A stretch of DNA of 64,000 nucleotides from Candidatus Binatia bacterium. Lineage in GTDB: Bacteria; Desulfobacterota; Binatia; UBA9968; JAJDTQ01. The number at the start of each line of letters is the position of its first letter. Within the stretch, counting starts at the first letter, position 1. The stretch spans positions 4,512,001 through 4,576,000 of the forward strand of contig OY762897.2 in NCBI GenBank assembly GCA_963666515.2, given 5' to 3'. The notes under the pieces were generated by a model. It was not told where the DNA came from and did not search any database. It saw only the letters and a program-made list of their open reading frames with translations. Below are positions 40,825 through 52,162 of this stretch, piece by piece. A program made the translations under genes and the position numbers.

Positions 40825-41997
40825 TTACCCGGCGCCGTACACTGCCTCGATCGCCCCCACCGCATCCTCCACCGCCACGTCCGCCCCCTCCTCCCTCAGA
40901 ATCCGCCCCAGCGCCTCCACCAGCGCCACCACGTTCTCCTTCCGGCTCGACTCGCCCATGAGCCCGATGCGCCAAGTCTTGCCGGCGAGGGCGCCGAGGC
41001 CGCCGCCGATCTCGATGTTGAAGTCCAGCAGCAGGCGCTTGCGGATGGCGACGTCGTTGACGCCCTCGGGGATCTTGACGCTGTTGAGCATCCACAGGCG
41101 GTGGCCTTCCTGGGAGGCCAGGGGGATGCCGAGGACCTCCAGGCCGGCCACCAGGGCACGGTGGTTCAACTCGTGGCGTGCGAAACGGGCTTCCTCGCCC
41201 TCCTTCTCGATCTCGCTCAGGGCGGCGTGGAGGCCGTAGTTCATGGAGATGGGGGCGGTGTGGTGGTAGGCGCGATCCTCGCCCCAGTAGCGCTCGATCA
41301 TGGTCAGGTCCAGGTACCAGCTCTTGACCTTGCCCTTGCGCCGGCCCAGCTTGTCGCGGGCGGCCTGGTTGAAGGACACCGGCGACAGTCCGGGAGGGCA
41401 GCTCAGGCACTTCTGGGTGCCGCTGTAGGCGGCGTCGACGTTCCAGGCATCGAGGGTCACGGGACAGCCGCCCAGCGAGGTCACGGTGTCCAGCACCAGC
41501 AGGGCGCCGGCGTCGTGGGCGAGCCGGGAGATCTCTTCAACCGGTTGCCACACCCCGGTGGAGGTCTCGGCGTGCACCAGGGTGACGATGTCCACCTTCT
41601 GGTCCTTGAGGGCCTGCTCCACCTGCTCGGGCCGGATGATCTCGCCCCAAGGGGCCTCGACCTTCACCAAGTTCCCGCCCAGCCGCTCGACGATGTCCGC
41701 CATGCGGGTGCCGAAGACGCCGTTCACGCACACCAGCACCGTGTCGCCCTCCTCGATGAGGTTCACGAGGCAGGTCTCCATGCCGGCGCTGCCGGTGCCC
41801 GACACCGGAAAGGTCAGATCGTTCCCGGTGTGGAACAGCCGGCGCAGCATGGCCTTGCTCTCTTCCATGACCTTGAAGAATTCCGGGTCCAGATGGCCGA
41901 CCACGGGGGCCGACAGCGCCTCCAGCACGCTTGGATGCGGGGTGCTGGGGCCGGGTCCGAGGAGGATTCTCCTGGGAGGGTTCAACGGTGATGCCAT
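40825..41997 (-). CDS. Alanine-glyoxylate / serine-pyruvate aminotransferase (class V)
   Basis: LLGPGPS, SGTGSAGME, VHAETSTG, SGTQKCL and YHHT motifs. Confidence 0.92.
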   Translation of the reverse strand: MASPLNPPRRILLGPGPSTPHPSVLEALSAPVVGHLDPEFFKVMEESKAMLRRLFHTGNDLTFPVSGTGSAGMETCLVNLIEEGDTVLVCVNGVFGTRMADIVERLGGNLVKVEAPWGEIIRPEQVEQALKDQKVDIVTLVHAETSTGVWQPVEEISRLAHDAGALLVLDTVTSLGGCPVTLDAWNVDAAYSGTQKCLSCPPGLSPVSFNQAARDKLGRRKGKVKSWYLDLTMIERYWGEDRAYHHTAPISMNYGLHAALSEIEKEGEEARFARHELNHRALVAGLEVLGIPLASQEGHRLWMLNSVKIPEGVNDVAIRKRLLLDFNIEIGGGLGALAGKTWRIGLMGESSRKENVVALVEALGRILREEGADVAVEDAVGAIEAVYGAG

Positions 41998-42122
41998 GCG
42001 CTTGCTCCTGTTGGCGATTTCGCTGGGGTCTGTTGGTTTGTGAGCGGCTCGGGTGCGGTGTATCCTGATGTTTTTCAAGGTAATAGCACCCGCGGAGCGG
42101 GGCGACAAACCTTCCTGCCTCC

Positions 42123-43547
42123 ATGAGCCTCGATACACATTTGGCGGAGACCCTTGTCCGGGACGGCCTGCTGGCGCCTGGGGACGCCGTGCTCGTCGGC
42201 GTGTCCGGCGGTCTGGACTCCGTGGCGCTGCTACATCTTCTCCACGAGATCGGCCCGTCCCTCCGGCTGAGCCTGGAGGTGGCCCACGTCGACCACGGAA
42301 TCCGCGGGGACGAGAGCAGTGACGATGCCGAGTTCGTCCGGGGCATCGCCGCCGGCCTGTCGCTGCCGTTCCATCTCGCCCGCCTGGACTTGGCGCGGTC
42401 CGGCCGGGAGCGCGGTTCGGGAAACGTCGAGGCCCTGGCCCGGGAGCGGCGCTACCGGTTCTTTGCCGAGGTGGCGGCGAAACGGGGAATCGGCAAGGTG
42501 GCGGTAGGCCACAACCGCGACGACCAGGTGGAGACCATGCTCATGTGGCTGCTCCGGGGCTGTGGTCCCGAGGGGTTGCGGGGCATGCCGGCGGTGCGGC
42601 CCCTGGCCGGGGACGTGGCCGGCGCCGGAGGGGCGGTATTGATCCGCCCGTTTCTGGAGGTTTCCCGCGAGGACATCCTCTCCTTCCTGGGGAGCCGGGG
42701 CCTCACGCACCGGGAAGATCGCACCAACCGCGACACCGGCTACCTGCGGAACTGGATCCGCCTGAACCTGCTGCCGGGACTCCGGGAACGGAGCGAAGGC
42801 GGCCTGGAGGAGCGGCTCGTCCGTCTGGGCGGCATGTTGCGGTCCGACAACGCGCTGCTGGATCGGTGGGTCGCCGACGCCTACCCGCGGGTCGCCCGCG
42901 AAGACGTGCTGGACCGGGCGGCCTTTCTCCGGGTCGAACCCGAACTCCGGCCCCGGATGGTGCGTTTCTGGCTGGGCCGCGGCCTGAGGACGCTCCGGCG
43001 CCTGGGTTTCGTCCACGTGGACGCCGTCCTGAAGGTCATGGCCGCCGACCGGCCCCACGGCAGGGTTTCGCTACCGGGGGGCTGGACCGTGGTCCGGGAG
43101 TATGATTCCGTGCGGCTGGTCCGGTCGGCCAAGGGAGCCCGGACCGATATCCCGCGGACGGACGGCTACTCCTACCCGGTGCCGCTGGAGGGCGACGTGG
43201 ATATCCCCGAGGCCGGCGTCCGGTTGACCTCCTGGTGCTCTGCCGGCCGCGAGCTGCCGGAAAGCGGTCTCGAGGCGGCCTTCGACCTCGACGCCGTGAG
43301 GCGCGCCGAGGGGAGTCTCCACCTTCGCAACTTCCGCCCCGGCGACCGCTTCCGACCCCTGGGCATGGCCGGCCACAAGAAGCTGAAGGACCTCTTCATC
43401 GACCGGAAGGTCCCGCGCTCCCGGCGCCGCTCGGTGCCGCTGCTGCTGGCGGGGGGGGATATCCTGTGGGTTCCGGGCTGCGCCCGCAGCGATTTCGCCA
43501 GGGTCGAGTCCGGCACCGAGGCGGTCTGGCGGGTCAAGCTCTCGTAG
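42123..43547 (+). CDS. tilS: tRNA(Ile)-lysidine synthetase
   Basis: VSGGLDS, HVDHGIRG, AR.RRY, HNRDDQVET, LRNWIR and KKLKDLFID motifs. Confidence 0.95.
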   Translation: MSLDTHLAETLVRDGLLAPGDAVLVGVSGGLDSVALLHLLHEIGPSLRLSLEVAHVDHGIRGDESSDDAEFVRGIAAGLSLPFHLARLDLARSGRERGSGNVEALARERRYRFFAEVAAKRGIGKVAVGHNRDDQVETMLMWLLRGCGPEGLRGMPAVRPLAGDVAGAGGAVLIRPFLEVSREDILSFLGSRGLTHREDRTNRDTGYLRNWIRLNLLPGLRERSEGGLEERLVRLGGMLRSDNALLDRWVADAYPRVAREDVLDRAAFLRVEPELRPRMVRFWLGRGLRTLRRLGFVHVDAVLKVMAADRPHGRVSLPGGWTVVREYDSVRLVRSAKGARTDIPRTDGYSYPVPLEGDVDIPEAGVRLTSWCSAGRELPESGLEAAFDLDAVRRAEGSLHLRNFRPGDRFRPLGMAGHKKLKDLFIDRKVPRSRRRSVPLLLAGGDILWVPGCARSDFARVESGTEAVWRVKLS

Positions 43548-43695
43548 CGGCGTCTCGTAGCGGCGCGCCGAACGTTGCCCGGCGGCGCGCCGGCGGCCCT
43601 CGGTTGACTTACGCCGCTCCCGTTCTTATTGAATTGAAGTAGCCCTACCCGTGTGTTAACTTTTTCCGGGGTAAACGAGGTTGGAAAGGCCACCT

Positions 43696-45534
43696 TTGAA
43701 TCAAGCGACGAAAAACCTTGCCCTGTGGCTGGTCCTGGGGTTGATGTTCCTGCTGTTATTCAACGTCTTCACGCGGCAGCAGGGCAGGGAGCCAGAGATC
43801 ATCTACAGCGACTTCTGGTCCGCGGTGGAGCGCGGCGACGTCCAGGAGGTGACGATCCAGGGCCGGCACGTCCAGGGCAAGTACCAGAGCGGCGAGCGGT
43901 TCCGTACCTTTTCGCCCAGCGACCCGGGGCTCGTGAAGACGTTGCGGGAGAAGAACATCCGCATCGCCGCCAAGCCCGAGGACGACTCGCCCTGGTACTT
44001 CGTGCTGCTGGTGAACTGGTTCCCCATGCTGCTGCTGATCGGCGTCTGGATATTCTTCATGCGGCAGATGCAGGTGGGGGGCGGCAAGGCCATGTCCTTC
44101 GGCAAGAGTCGGGCGCGCCTCTTGAACGAGAATCAGGCGCGGGTCACGTTCAGCGACGTGGCCGGGGTGGACGAGGCCAAGGACGAGCTGCAGGAAGTCA
44201 TCGCGTTCCTCAAGGACCCCAAGAAGTTCACCCGCCTCGGCGGACGCATCCCCAAGGGCTGCCTGCTGGTGGGCCCTCCGGGCACCGGCAAGACCCTGCT
44301 GGCCCGGGCCATCGCGGGTGAGGCCGGGGTGCCGTTTTTCAGCATCAGCGGCTCGGACTTCGTCGAGATGTTCGTGGGCGTGGGCGCCTCGCGGGTGCGC
44401 GACCTGTTCGTGCAGGCCAAGAAGCAGGCGCCCTGCATCGTCTTCGTGGACGAGATCGACGCGGTCGGACGCCAGCGCGGCGCCGGACTGGGCGGCGGCC
44501 ACGACGAGCGGGAACAGACCCTCAACCAGTTGCTGGTGGAGATGGACGGCTTCGAGGCCAACGACGGCGTGATCCTCATCGCCGCCACCAACCGCCCCGA
44601 CGTGCTGGACCCGGCGCTCTTGCGGCCGGGCCGGTTCGACCGCCGGGTGGTGGTGCCGCGGCCCGACGTCAAGGGACGCGAAGGCATCCTGGCGGTGCAC
44701 AGCCGGCGGGTGCCCCTGGAGCACGACGTGGACATCCGGGTGCTGGCCCGGGGCACCCCCGGTTTCGCCGGCGCAGATCTCGAGAACCTTGTCAACGAGG
44801 CGGCTTTGCTGGCGGCGCGGAACGACAAGGAAAAGGTCAACATGAATGACTTTGAGCTGGCCAAGGACAAAGTCATGATGGGGACCGAGCGCAAGAGCAT
44901 GATCATCAGCGACGAGGAGAAGCGGAACACCGCCTATCACGAGTCCGGCCACGCGCTGGTGGCCAAGATGCTGCCGGGTGCCGACCCGGTCCACAAGGTG
45001 ACCATCATCCCGCGCGGCATGGCCCTGGGCCTGACCCAGCAGCTCCCAATGGACGAGCGCCACAGCCAGGACAGGCAGCACCTCCTGAACAACGTCACCA
45101 TCCTGTTCGGCGGGCGGGTCGCGGAGGAGCTGGTCCTCGACAACATGACCACGGGCGCCGGCAACGACATCGAGCGCGCCACCGAGATCGCCCACCGGAT
45201 GGTCTGCGAGTGGGGCATGAGCGAGAAGCTGGGCCCCATGACCTTCGGCAAGAAGGAAGAGCAGATCTTTCTCGGCCGGGATTTCACCCAGGCGCAGGAC
45301 TACTCGGAAAACACCGCGGTCGAGATCGACAGGGAAATCCGGCACATTATCCAGGAGTGTTACAGCAAGGCCAAGGAGATCCTGACCACGCATATCGAGC
45401 TCCTGCACCGGGTCTCCAAGGAGCTGCTGGACAAGGAAGTGCTGGACGGCGCGGAGATCGACGTCATCGTCAAGGAATACATGGGAGACAGCGGTCCCGA
45501 CCTGCCCACGACACCCGTTCCCGCCAGCGCCTGA
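43696..45534 (+). CDS. ftsH: ATP-dependent zinc metalloprotease FtsH
   Basis: TTG start [11 protein letters not shown]; [24 protein letters not shown] and HESGH motifs. Confidence 0.97.
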   Translation: MNQATKNLALWLVLGLMFLLLFNVFTRQQGREPEIIYSDFWSAVERGDVQEVTIQGRHVQGKYQSGERFRTFSPSDPGLVKTLREKNIRIAAKPEDDSPWYFVLLVNWFPMLLLIGVWIFFMRQMQVGGGKAMSFGKSRARLLNENQARVTFSDVAGVDEAKDELQEVIAFLKDPKKFTRLGGRIPKGCLLVGPPGTGKTLLARAIAGEAGVPFFSISGSDFVEMFVGVGASRVRDLFVQAKKQAPCIVFVDEIDAVGRQRGAGLGGGHDEREQTLNQLLVEMDGFEANDGVILIAATNRPDVLDPALLRPGRFDRRVVVPRPDVKGREGILAVHSRRVPLEHDVDIRVLARGTPGFAGADLENLVNEAALLAARNDKEKVNMNDFELAKDKVMMGTERKSMIISDEEKRNTAYHESGHALVAKMLPGADPVHKVTIIPRGMALGLTQQLPMDERHSQDRQHLLNNVTILFGGRVAEELVLDNMTTGAGNDIERATEIAHRMVCEWGMSEKLGPMTFGKKEEQIFLGRDFTQAQDYSENTAVEIDREIRHIIQECYSKAKEILTTHIELLHRVSKELLDKEVLDGAEIDVIVKEYMGDSGPDLPTTPVPASA

Positions 45535-45538
45535 CAAT

Positions 45539-45639
45539 ATGGCGTCCTTCGACTTCGCTTCGCTACGCTCAGGACGAACGGAAACAGTTTCCAAAACCGT
45601 TCGTCCTGAGCGTAGCGAAGCGAAGTCGAAGGACGCCAT
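45539..45639. repeat. REP-like family A inverted doublet (REPIN-like)
   Basis: Perfect 43-bp arms 45539-45581 and 45597-45639 with a 15-nt loop. Confidence 0.9.
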
Positions 45640-45724
45640 TCTGCTTACTCGGACAGGCTCCTAGGCGGGTCCCTCGCCGTGAAGCGGCTGCCCGGTCGCG
45701 AGAGCCGTGACCTGTATCATACTG

Positions 45725-46633
45725 ATGCCTAGCAAGCGAAACCGGCCCGAACCGCTATCGTTCGACGACGCTGGTCCGCGATCTGGTTTGGTGCTGGCGA
45801 CACGCCATGGCGACGTGGACATGCGTTCCCGCACCGCGGTTATGGGCATCCTGAACGTCACCCCCGATTCCTTTTCCGACGGCGGACGGTATCCCGATGT
45901 CGAGTCCGCGGTGGCCCGGGGCGTGGAGATGGCGCGGCAGGGCGCGAGCATCGTGGACGTGGGTGGAGAATCGACGCGCCCGGGAGCGGTGCCGGTCTCG
46001 GCAGCCGAGGAGTTGGAGCGGGTCATCCCGGTCCTTCGCGAGTTGCGGCGGCGAGTCGACGTACCCATAAGCATCGACACCTGCAAGGAAGAGGTGGCCC
46101 GTGGGGCGCTGGAGGCCGGCGCGGACATGGTGAACGACGTCAGCGCCCTGCGGTTCGATCCCGCCATGGTCGGACTGGTGGCACGTGAAGGCGTTCCCGT
46201 GGTCCTGATGCACATGAAGGGCAGGCCTCGGACCATGCAGATCGCGCCGCGCTATCGCGACGTGGTCGGGGAGGTAACCGCCTTTCTTCGGGAACGCGTC
46301 ACCTTTGCCGTGGGCAACGGCGTTGCCGCAGAACGCGTCGTGGTGGATCCCGGCATCGGCTTCGGCAAGGACCTGGACCACAACCTGGCGCTGCTGCGAA
46401 GCCTGGACACGTTGGCGTCCCTGGGCCGGCCGGTCCTCGTGGGTCTCTCCCGGAAGTCGTTTCTCGGCCGTTTGCAGGAGACCGCGGGACCGGAGAGCCG
46501 TTTGGCGGGAAGCCTTGCCGGAGCGGCCGCGGCGGTGCTGGCCGGAGCCCACATGGTGCGGGCGCACGACGTGTCCGAGACCTGGAGAGCGGTGCGGGTA
46601 GCGGATGCGATCCGGGGCCCCGTGAAACCCTAA
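45725..46633 (+). CDS. folP: Dihydropteroate synthase
   Basis: [36 protein letters not shown] and RAHDV motifs; start uncertain. Confidence 0.95.
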   Translation: MPSKRNRPEPLSFDDAGPRSGLVLATRHGDVDMRSRTAVMGILNVTPDSFSDGGRYPDVESAVARGVEMARQGASIVDVGGESTRPGAVPVSAAEELERVIPVLRELRRRVDVPISIDTCKEEVARGALEAGADMVNDVSALRFDPAMVGLVAREGVPVVLMHMKGRPRTMQIAPRYRDVVGEVTAFLRERVTFAVGNGVAAERVVVDPGIGFGKDLDHNLALLRSLDTLASLGRPVLVGLSRKSFLGRLQETAGPESRLAGSLAGAAAAVLAGAHMVRAHDVSETWRAVRVADAIRGPVKP

Positions 46634-46664
46634 GGCGTGGCCGCTGTTCTCTGGAAGGGAGCCA

Positions 46665-48098
46665 ATGACGTCGGATGGACCACAAGTCGTTTCGGGCCTG
46701 CGCCGGCTGTTCGGCACCGACGGGATCCGCGGCACCGCCAACCAGGAGCCCATGACCTCGGAGACGGCCCTGAGGCTGGGCCGGGCCATCGCCCACGTGG
46801 CCGGCGGCCACGGCGGGGGAAAGGCCGCGCGCGGCGCCCTGGGACGGAAGCGCACCCACCCGCGACGCATCCTCATCGGCAAGGACACCCGCCTGTCGGG
46901 CTACATGTTCGAGACCGCGCTGGCGTCCGGGATCTGCTCCATGGGGGCGGACGTGCTGCTGGTGGGTCCGCTGCCGACCCCGGCGGTGGCGTTCCTCACC
47001 CGCAGCATGAGGGCGGACGCCGGGGTGGTGATCTCGGCGTCCCACAACCCGTACCAGGACAACGGCATCAAGTTCTTCTCCGGCGACGGCTTCAAGCTCC
47101 CCGATGCCTGGGAGCGGCGCATGGAGACGCTGGTCCGGGACGAGGAGTACGGCCCGCACCGGCCCGCGGCCATGGACATCGGCAAGGCGCACCGCATCGA
47201 CGACGCCCTGGGCAGGACTATTGCCTTCCTCAAGAGCACGTTCCCCGCGCATCTGTCCCTGGAGGGCCTGAAGATCGTCGTGGACTGCGCCAACGGCGCG
47301 GCGTACCGGGTGGCGCCGGACGTCCTGCGGGAGTTGGGGGCCGAGGTGATTCCGGTGGCGGTGGAGCCCGACGGCACCAACATCAACCTGGACTGCGGCT
47401 CGACGCACCCGGAGAAGGCGCGGGCGGCGCTCCGGGAGCACCGCGCCGACCTCGCCGTGTGCCTGGACGGCGACGCCGACCGGGCGCTCTTTATCGACGA
47501 GAAGGGCGGGCTGGTGGACGGCGACGAGGTGCTGGCCATGTGCGCCATCGGGATGAAACGCGCCGGTCTGCTGCCGTCCGGGGCCGTGGTGGCGACGGTG
47601 ATGAGCAACATGGGGCTCGACCTCGCCCTCCTAGAGCACGGCATCGAGGTTCTGAGGACGAACATCGGCGACCGCTACGTGGTGGAGCGCATGCGCGAGG
47701 GCGGGCACAACCTTGGCGGCGAGCAATCCGGCCACCTGGTGTTCCTGGACCACAACACCACGGGCGACGGTTGTCTCACGGCGCTGCAGGTGCTGGCGCT
47801 GATGATCGGGCAGGAAAAGCCCCTGAGCGAGCTGCGCCGGATCATGGGCAAGCTGCCGCAGGTGATGGTGAACGTGCCGGTCCGGGAACGGCAGCCGCTT
47901 TCCGAGCTGGATCAGGTCCAGGCGCGCATCGCCGAGAGCGAGCACCTGCTGGACGGCCGTGGCCGGGTGCTGGTGCGCTACTCCGGCACCGAGCCGCTGG
48001 CCCGGGTGATGATCGAGGGCGAGCCCGAGGACGAGATACGGCGGCTGGCCCAGGGGATCGCGGACGCGATCCGATCGAAGCTGGGGGTCGAAGGATGA
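46665..48098 (+). CDS. glmM: Phosphoglucosamine mutase
   Basis: [35 protein letters not shown] and RYSGTEP motifs. Confidence 0.96.
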   Translation: MTSDGPQVVSGLRRLFGTDGIRGTANQEPMTSETALRLGRAIAHVAGGHGGGKAARGALGRKRTHPRRILIGKDTRLSGYMFETALASGICSMGADVLLVGPLPTPAVAFLTRSMRADAGVVISASHNPYQDNGIKFFSGDGFKLPDAWERRMETLVRDEEYGPHRPAAMDIGKAHRIDDALGRTIAFLKSTFPAHLSLEGLKIVVDCANGAAYRVAPDVLRELGAEVIPVAVEPDGTNINLDCGSTHPEKARAALREHRADLAVCLDGDADRALFIDEKGGLVDGDEVLAMCAIGMKRAGLLPSGAVVATVMSNMGLDLALLEHGIEVLRTNIGDRYVVERMREGGHNLGGEQSGHLVFLDHNTTGDGCLTALQVLALMIGQEKPLSELRRIMGKLPQVMVNVPVRERQPLSELDQVQARIAESEHLLDGRGRVLVRYSGTEPLARVMIEGEPEDEIRRLAQGIADAIRSKLGVEG

Positions 48099-48826
48099 TG
48101 CGTCTCGGAGTCAACGTGGACCACGTGGCCACCGTGCGCCAGGCCCGGATGATCGACATCCCGGACCCGGTGGAGGCGGCGCTCCTGGCCGAGCAGGCCG
48201 GCGCCGACGTCATCACCGTGCACCTGCGCGAGGACCGCCGCCACATCCAGGAAGACGACGTGGCCCGCCTGCGGCGGCGGCTGACCGCCGCGCTTAACCT
48301 GGAGATGGCCGGCACCCCGGAGATGACCCGGCACGCCATCGCGCTCAAGCCCGACGACGCCTGCCTGGTGCCCGAGCGGCGGGAGGAGCTGACCACCGAG
48401 GGCGGCCTCGACGTGGCCGGCCACAAGGAGCAGCTCGGGGACGTGGTGGCCCGCCTGCGGGATGCGGGGATTCGCGTGAGCCTGTTCGTGGACCCGGACC
48501 CGGCGCAGATCGAGGCCGGCCGGGAGTTGGGCGCCGACGCCGTGGAGATCCACACCGGCACCTATTGCAACGCCACCGGACCGGGGGTGGAGCAGGAGCT
48601 CGAGACGGTGCGCCGGGGTGCGGCGCTGGCCACACGCCTGGGCCTGGAGGTTCACGGCGGCCACGGCCTCAACGCCGGCAACGTCAGGCCGATTGCGGCC
48701 ATCGAGGAGATCGTCGAGTTGAACATCGGGCACAGCATCGTCGCCCGCGCCGTCATGGTCGGGATGGCCCAGGCGGTGAAGGAGATGAAGGCCCTCATCG
48801 ACGAAGCCCGGAAGGCAGGCGGCTGA
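48095..48826 (+). CDS. pdxJ: Pyridoxine 5'-phosphate synthase
   Basis: [35 protein letters not shown] and ELNIGHSI motifs. Confidence 0.96.
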   Translation: MMRLGVNVDHVATVRQARMIDIPDPVEAALLAEQAGADVITVHLREDRRHIQEDDVARLRRRLTAALNLEMAGTPEMTRHAIALKPDDACLVPERREELTTEGGLDVAGHKEQLGDVVARLRDAGIRVSLFVDPDPAQIEAGRELGADAVEIHTGTYCNATGPGVEQELETVRRGAALATRLGLEVHGGHGLNAGNVRPIAAIEEIVELNIGHSIVARAVMVGMAQAVKEMKALIDEARKAGG

Positions 48827-48829
48827 CCC

Positions 48830-50398
48830 ATGCACGTGGTGACCGCAGCCGAGATGCGCCGCCTGGACCATCTCACCATCCATGCCCACGGGGTGCCGAG
48901 CCTGACCCTCATGGAGCGCGCGGGGCAGGGGGTGGTGGACGTCATCCTCAAGCGCTGGACCCAGTTGGCCAAGCGCGGCGTGCTGGTGGTGGCAGGCAAG
49001 GGCAACAACGGCGGCGACGGGCTGGTGATCGCGCGGCTGCTGAGAGAGCGGGAGTTCCCGTGCGAGGTGGCCTGCGTCGCCCGGGCGCAGGAGCTGTCGC
49101 CGGACGCCGCGGCCAATCTCGACCGCTATCGGTCGGTAGGGGGGACCTTCACGGAGATCCCCCCCGGCGACGTCGAGAGCCTCGACCGGCACATCCGGGA
49201 CAAGGGGCTCCTGGTGGACGCCCTTTTGGGAACCGGCCTGCGAAGCCCGGTGGAGGGATTCCTGGCGGACGTGGTGGAGCTGATGAACGCGTCCGGCGTT
49301 CCCATCGTCGCGGTGGACACGCCGTCGGGCCTGGACTCCGACCGCGGCGTTCCCCTGGGCGCCGCGGTCCAGGCCGAGGTCACGGTGACCTTCGGCTTCC
49401 CCAAGACCGGGCAGGTGGTCTACCCCGGTGTCACCCACTGCGGCGACCTGGTGGTGGCCGACATCGGCATCCGGGAGGAAGCGGTGGCCGAGGTGGCCCC
49501 GTCGGCGGAACTGCTGGATTCGGCCGACGTGGTATGGCTCCTGCCCAGGCGGGCGGACGACTCGCACAAGGGCAGCTACGGCCACCTGCTGGTCATGGCC
49601 GGATCGCGGGGCAAGACCGGCGCCGCGGTGCTCGGTTGCCGGGCGGCCATGCGGGTGGGCACCGGCCTGGTGACCCTGGCGGCGCCCCGGGGGCTCAACG
49701 AGATCCTGGCGGGCGCGCTGGCGGAGCCCATGACCGAGCCCTTGGGGGAGCCGGGCGAGGACCGTTGGCCGGCGCTCGGCTCCAGGGATTGGGATACCCT
49801 GTCCGAGCGCAAGAGCGGGGTCCTGTTCGGGCCCGGCTTGGGCGTCCATGCGGCCGCCCAAGGGACCCTGGACATGCTGCTGGAGCATTGCAGCATGCCG
49901 TGGCTCATCGACGCCGACGGGCTCAACAACCTGGCAGCGGACGTGAGCCGGCTTCGGGACGCCCGGGTGCCGCCGGTGCTGACGCCGCACCCCGGCGAGA
50001 TGAGCCGCCTTGCCGGGATGGATACCGCGGAGGTCAACGGCGACCGCGTGGGCGTCGCCCGGGCCTTTGCCCAGGAGAACCGTTGTTACCTGGTTCTCAA
50101 GGGCGCGAGAACGGTGATGGCCACCCCCGAGGGGAGGGTGTCCATCAACCCCACCGGCAACGCCGGTATGGCCAGCGGGGGCATGGGCGACGTGCTCGCC
50201 GGCATGGTCGCGGGGTTCCTGGCCCAGGGCCTGCCGCCGGAAGATGCGGTCCGGCTGGGAGTGTACCTCCACGGCCGCGCCGGCGACCGGGTGGCGGACG
50301 ACCGCGGCGCCGTCGGGCTCATCGCCTCGGACCTGGTGGAGGATCTGCCGCGCGCCATCAAGGAGCTGGGGCAGGTCAGGGAGTTGATACGGTCGTGA
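48830..50398 (+). CDS. nnr: Bifunctional NAD(P)H-hydrate epimerase/dehydratase
   Basis: LMERAG, GKGNNGGDG, DALLGTG, HKGSYG, DADGLN, TPHPGE and GGMGDVL motifs. Confidence 0.95.
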   Translation: MHVVTAAEMRRLDHLTIHAHGVPSLTLMERAGQGVVDVILKRWTQLAKRGVLVVAGKGNNGGDGLVIARLLREREFPCEVACVARAQELSPDAAANLDRYRSVGGTFTEIPPGDVESLDRHIRDKGLLVDALLGTGLRSPVEGFLADVVELMNASGVPIVAVDTPSGLDSDRGVPLGAAVQAEVTVTFGFPKTGQVVYPGVTHCGDLVVADIGIREEAVAEVAPSAELLDSADVVWLLPRRADDSHKGSYGHLLVMAGSRGKTGAAVLGCRAAMRVGTGLVTLAAPRGLNEILAGALAEPMTEPLGEPGEDRWPALGSRDWDTLSERKSGVLFGPGLGVHAAAQGTLDMLLEHCSMPWLIDADGLNNLAADVSRLRDARVPPVLTPHPGEMSRLAGMDTAEVNGDRVGVARAFAQENRCYLVLKGARTVMATPEGRVSINPTGNAGMASGGMGDVLAGMVAGFLAQGLPPEDAVRLGVYLHGRAGDRVADDRGAVGLIASDLVEDLPRAIKELGQVRELIRS

Positions 50399-50931
50399 AC
50401 GCCCGCGAATACCATGTCACCACCGGCTCGCCGGAGGGGACCCGGGCGCTGGGACGCGCGTTGGCCGGACTGCTGCGCGGCGGAGAGGTCCTGGGGCTCT
50501 CGGGCGATCTGGGCAGCGGCAAGACCTGCTTCGTGCACGGATTGGCCGAAGGGCTCGAGGTGGGCGGAAACAGTTGGGTGCGGAGCCCCACCTTCACGCT
50601 CATCAACGAGTACGAGGGGCGGCTGCCGCTGGTGCACGCGGACCTCTTCCGCGTGGCGCCCGGACCGGAGATGGAGGACCTCCACCTGGAGGAGTACTTC
50701 GCGTCCGGCAGCGTCTGCGTGGTGGAGTGGTTCGAGCGCCTGGATGACGTGGGCGTCGACGAGTACATGGGCGTGACCTTCCGCTACGTGGACGAAGAGC
50801 GCCGGGAGCTGCGCTTCACCGCGCACGGCCGCCGCTACGAGGAGATGGTGGCCAAGCTGAAGGGTGCGACCTTCCGTCATTCCCGCGAAAGCGGGAATCC
50901 ACGCGGGGCGGCCGGCCGTGAGCAGGCGTGA
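50395..50931 (+). CDS. tsaE: t6A biosynthesis ATPase TsaE
   Basis: [26 protein letters not shown] and VVEW motifs; GTGA overlap with nnr. Confidence 0.93.
   Translation: MNAREYHVTTGSPEGTRALGRALAGLLRGGEVLGLSGDLGSGKTCFVHGLAEGLEVGGNSWVRSPTFTLINEYEGRLPLVHADLFRVAPGPEMEDLHLEEYFASGSVCVVEWFERLDDVGVDEYMGVTFRYVDEERRELRFTAHGRRYEEMVAKLKGATFRHSRESGNPRGAAGREQA
50875..50901. repeat. dRS3/RPE-like palindrome (family C) inside the tsaE 3' end
   Basis: CGTCATTCCCGCGAAAGCGGGAATCCA contains ATTCCC-N8-GGGAAT. Confidence 0.7.
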
Positions 50932-50935
50932 ACGT

Positions 50936-52162
50936 ATGGCGCTGATCGTGCAGAAATACGGCGGCACGTCGGTGGGCATGGTGGAGCGCATCCGCAACGT
51001 CGCCCAGCGCGTGGCGTCCACGCGCGGGCAGGGGAACGACGTGGTGGTGGTGGTGTCGGCCATGTCGGGGGAGACCAACCGGCTGCTGAACCTGGCCAAC
51101 CAGGTTTCGTCACACGTGGACGACCGGGAGATCGACGTGCTGCTGGCCTCCGGCGAGCAGGTCTCCTGCGCCCTGCTGGCGCTGGCGCTCAAGGACCTGG
51201 GACTGCCGGCGCGCTCGTTCCTCGGCCACCAGGTGCGCATCGCCACGGACAGCGCGCACGGGCGCGCGCGGATCAAGAGCATCGACTCCACCCGCGTTCG
51301 GCAGTCGCTGAAGCGGAACGAGGTGGTGGTGGTGGCGGGCTTTCAGGGGGTCGACGAGGCCGACAACATCACCACCCTGGGGCGCGGCGGCTCGGACACC
51401 AGCGCGGTGGCCATGGCCGCGGCCCTGGACGCGTCGGTGTGCGAGATATACACGGACGTGGACGGCATCTACACGGCCGATCCCTTCGTGTGCCCGAGGG
51501 CGCGCAAGCTGGACCGGGTCACCTACGACGAAATGCTGGAGATGGCCAGTCTGGGAGCCCGGGTGCTGCAGATCCGCTCGGTGGAGACGGCCAAGCGGTT
51601 CGGCGTCCGGGTGCACCTGCGCTCCAGCTTCAGCGACGGCGAGGGCACTTGGCTGGTCGAGGAGGAAGAGCAAATGGATTCGGTTCTGGTTTCGGCAGTG
51701 ACCTGCGACAACGACGAAGCCAAGATCACCATCCGCAGCGTGCCGGACCGCGCCGGGCTCGCCGCCCAGATATTCGGCCCCATCGCGGAGGCCAACATCG
51801 TGGTGGACATGATCATCCAGAACGCCGGCGCTGACGGCACCACCGACGTCACCTTCACCGTGCCCAAGAAGGACCACCCGAAGGCCATGGAATTGATTGA
51901 AAAAACCGCGCCCTTGATCCATGCTGAGGGAGTGACCTCCGACACGCACATCGCCAAGGTGTCGGTGGTGGGGGTCGGCGTGAGAACGAACGCGGGCGTG
52001 GCCGCGAAGATGTTCCAGACGCTGGCGGAACAGTCCATCAACATCGAGATGATCTCGACCTCCGAGATCAAGGTGTCGGTGGTGGTGAACGAGAAGGACA
52101 GCCGCCGGGCGGTGGATTCGCTGCACGCTTCGTTGATCGAAGGCAGGAGAGGGCATGAGTGA
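50936..52162 (+). CDS. lysC: Aspartate kinase
   Basis: [28 protein letters not shown] and two ACT domains. Confidence 0.96.
   Translation: MALIVQKYGGTSVGMVERIRNVAQRVASTRGQGNDVVVVVSAMSGETNRLLNLANQVSSHVDDREIDVLLASGEQVSCALLALALKDLGLPARSFLGHQVRIATDSAHGRARIKSIDSTRVRQSLKRNEVVVVAGFQGVDEADNITTLGRGGSDTSAVAMAAALDASVCEIYTDVDGIYTADPFVCPRARKLDRVTYDEMLEMASLGARVLQIRSVETAKRFGVRVHLRSSFSDGEGTWLVEEEEQMDSVLVSAVTCDNDEAKITIRSVPDRAGLAAQIFGPIAEANIVVDMIIQNAGADGTTDVTFTVPKKDHPKAMELIEKTAPLIHAEGVTSDTHIAKVSVVGVGVRTNAGVAAKMFQTLAEQSINIEMISTSEIKVSVVVNEKDSRRAVDSLHASLIEGRRGHE

Noticed and set aside
40739-41410. N-terminal extension of the 1019-aa HsdR ORF (and of HsdM to 38645)
   Set aside because: Overlaps the upstream gene in another frame; family-typical starts are at 40738 and 38336/38354.
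43604-43632. ftsH promoter TTGACT-17-TATTGA
   Set aside because: The -10 match is too weak to call without transcript data.
45539-45639. Repeats as a CRISPR array
   Set aside because: Copies are inverted or dispersed rather than direct repeats with spacers; no cas genes.
46637-50931. Apparent giant fusion ORFs 46637-48826 and 48565-50931
   Set aside because: Only the C-terminal parts are real (pdxJ from 48095, tsaE from 50395); the rest overlaps glmM and nnr.
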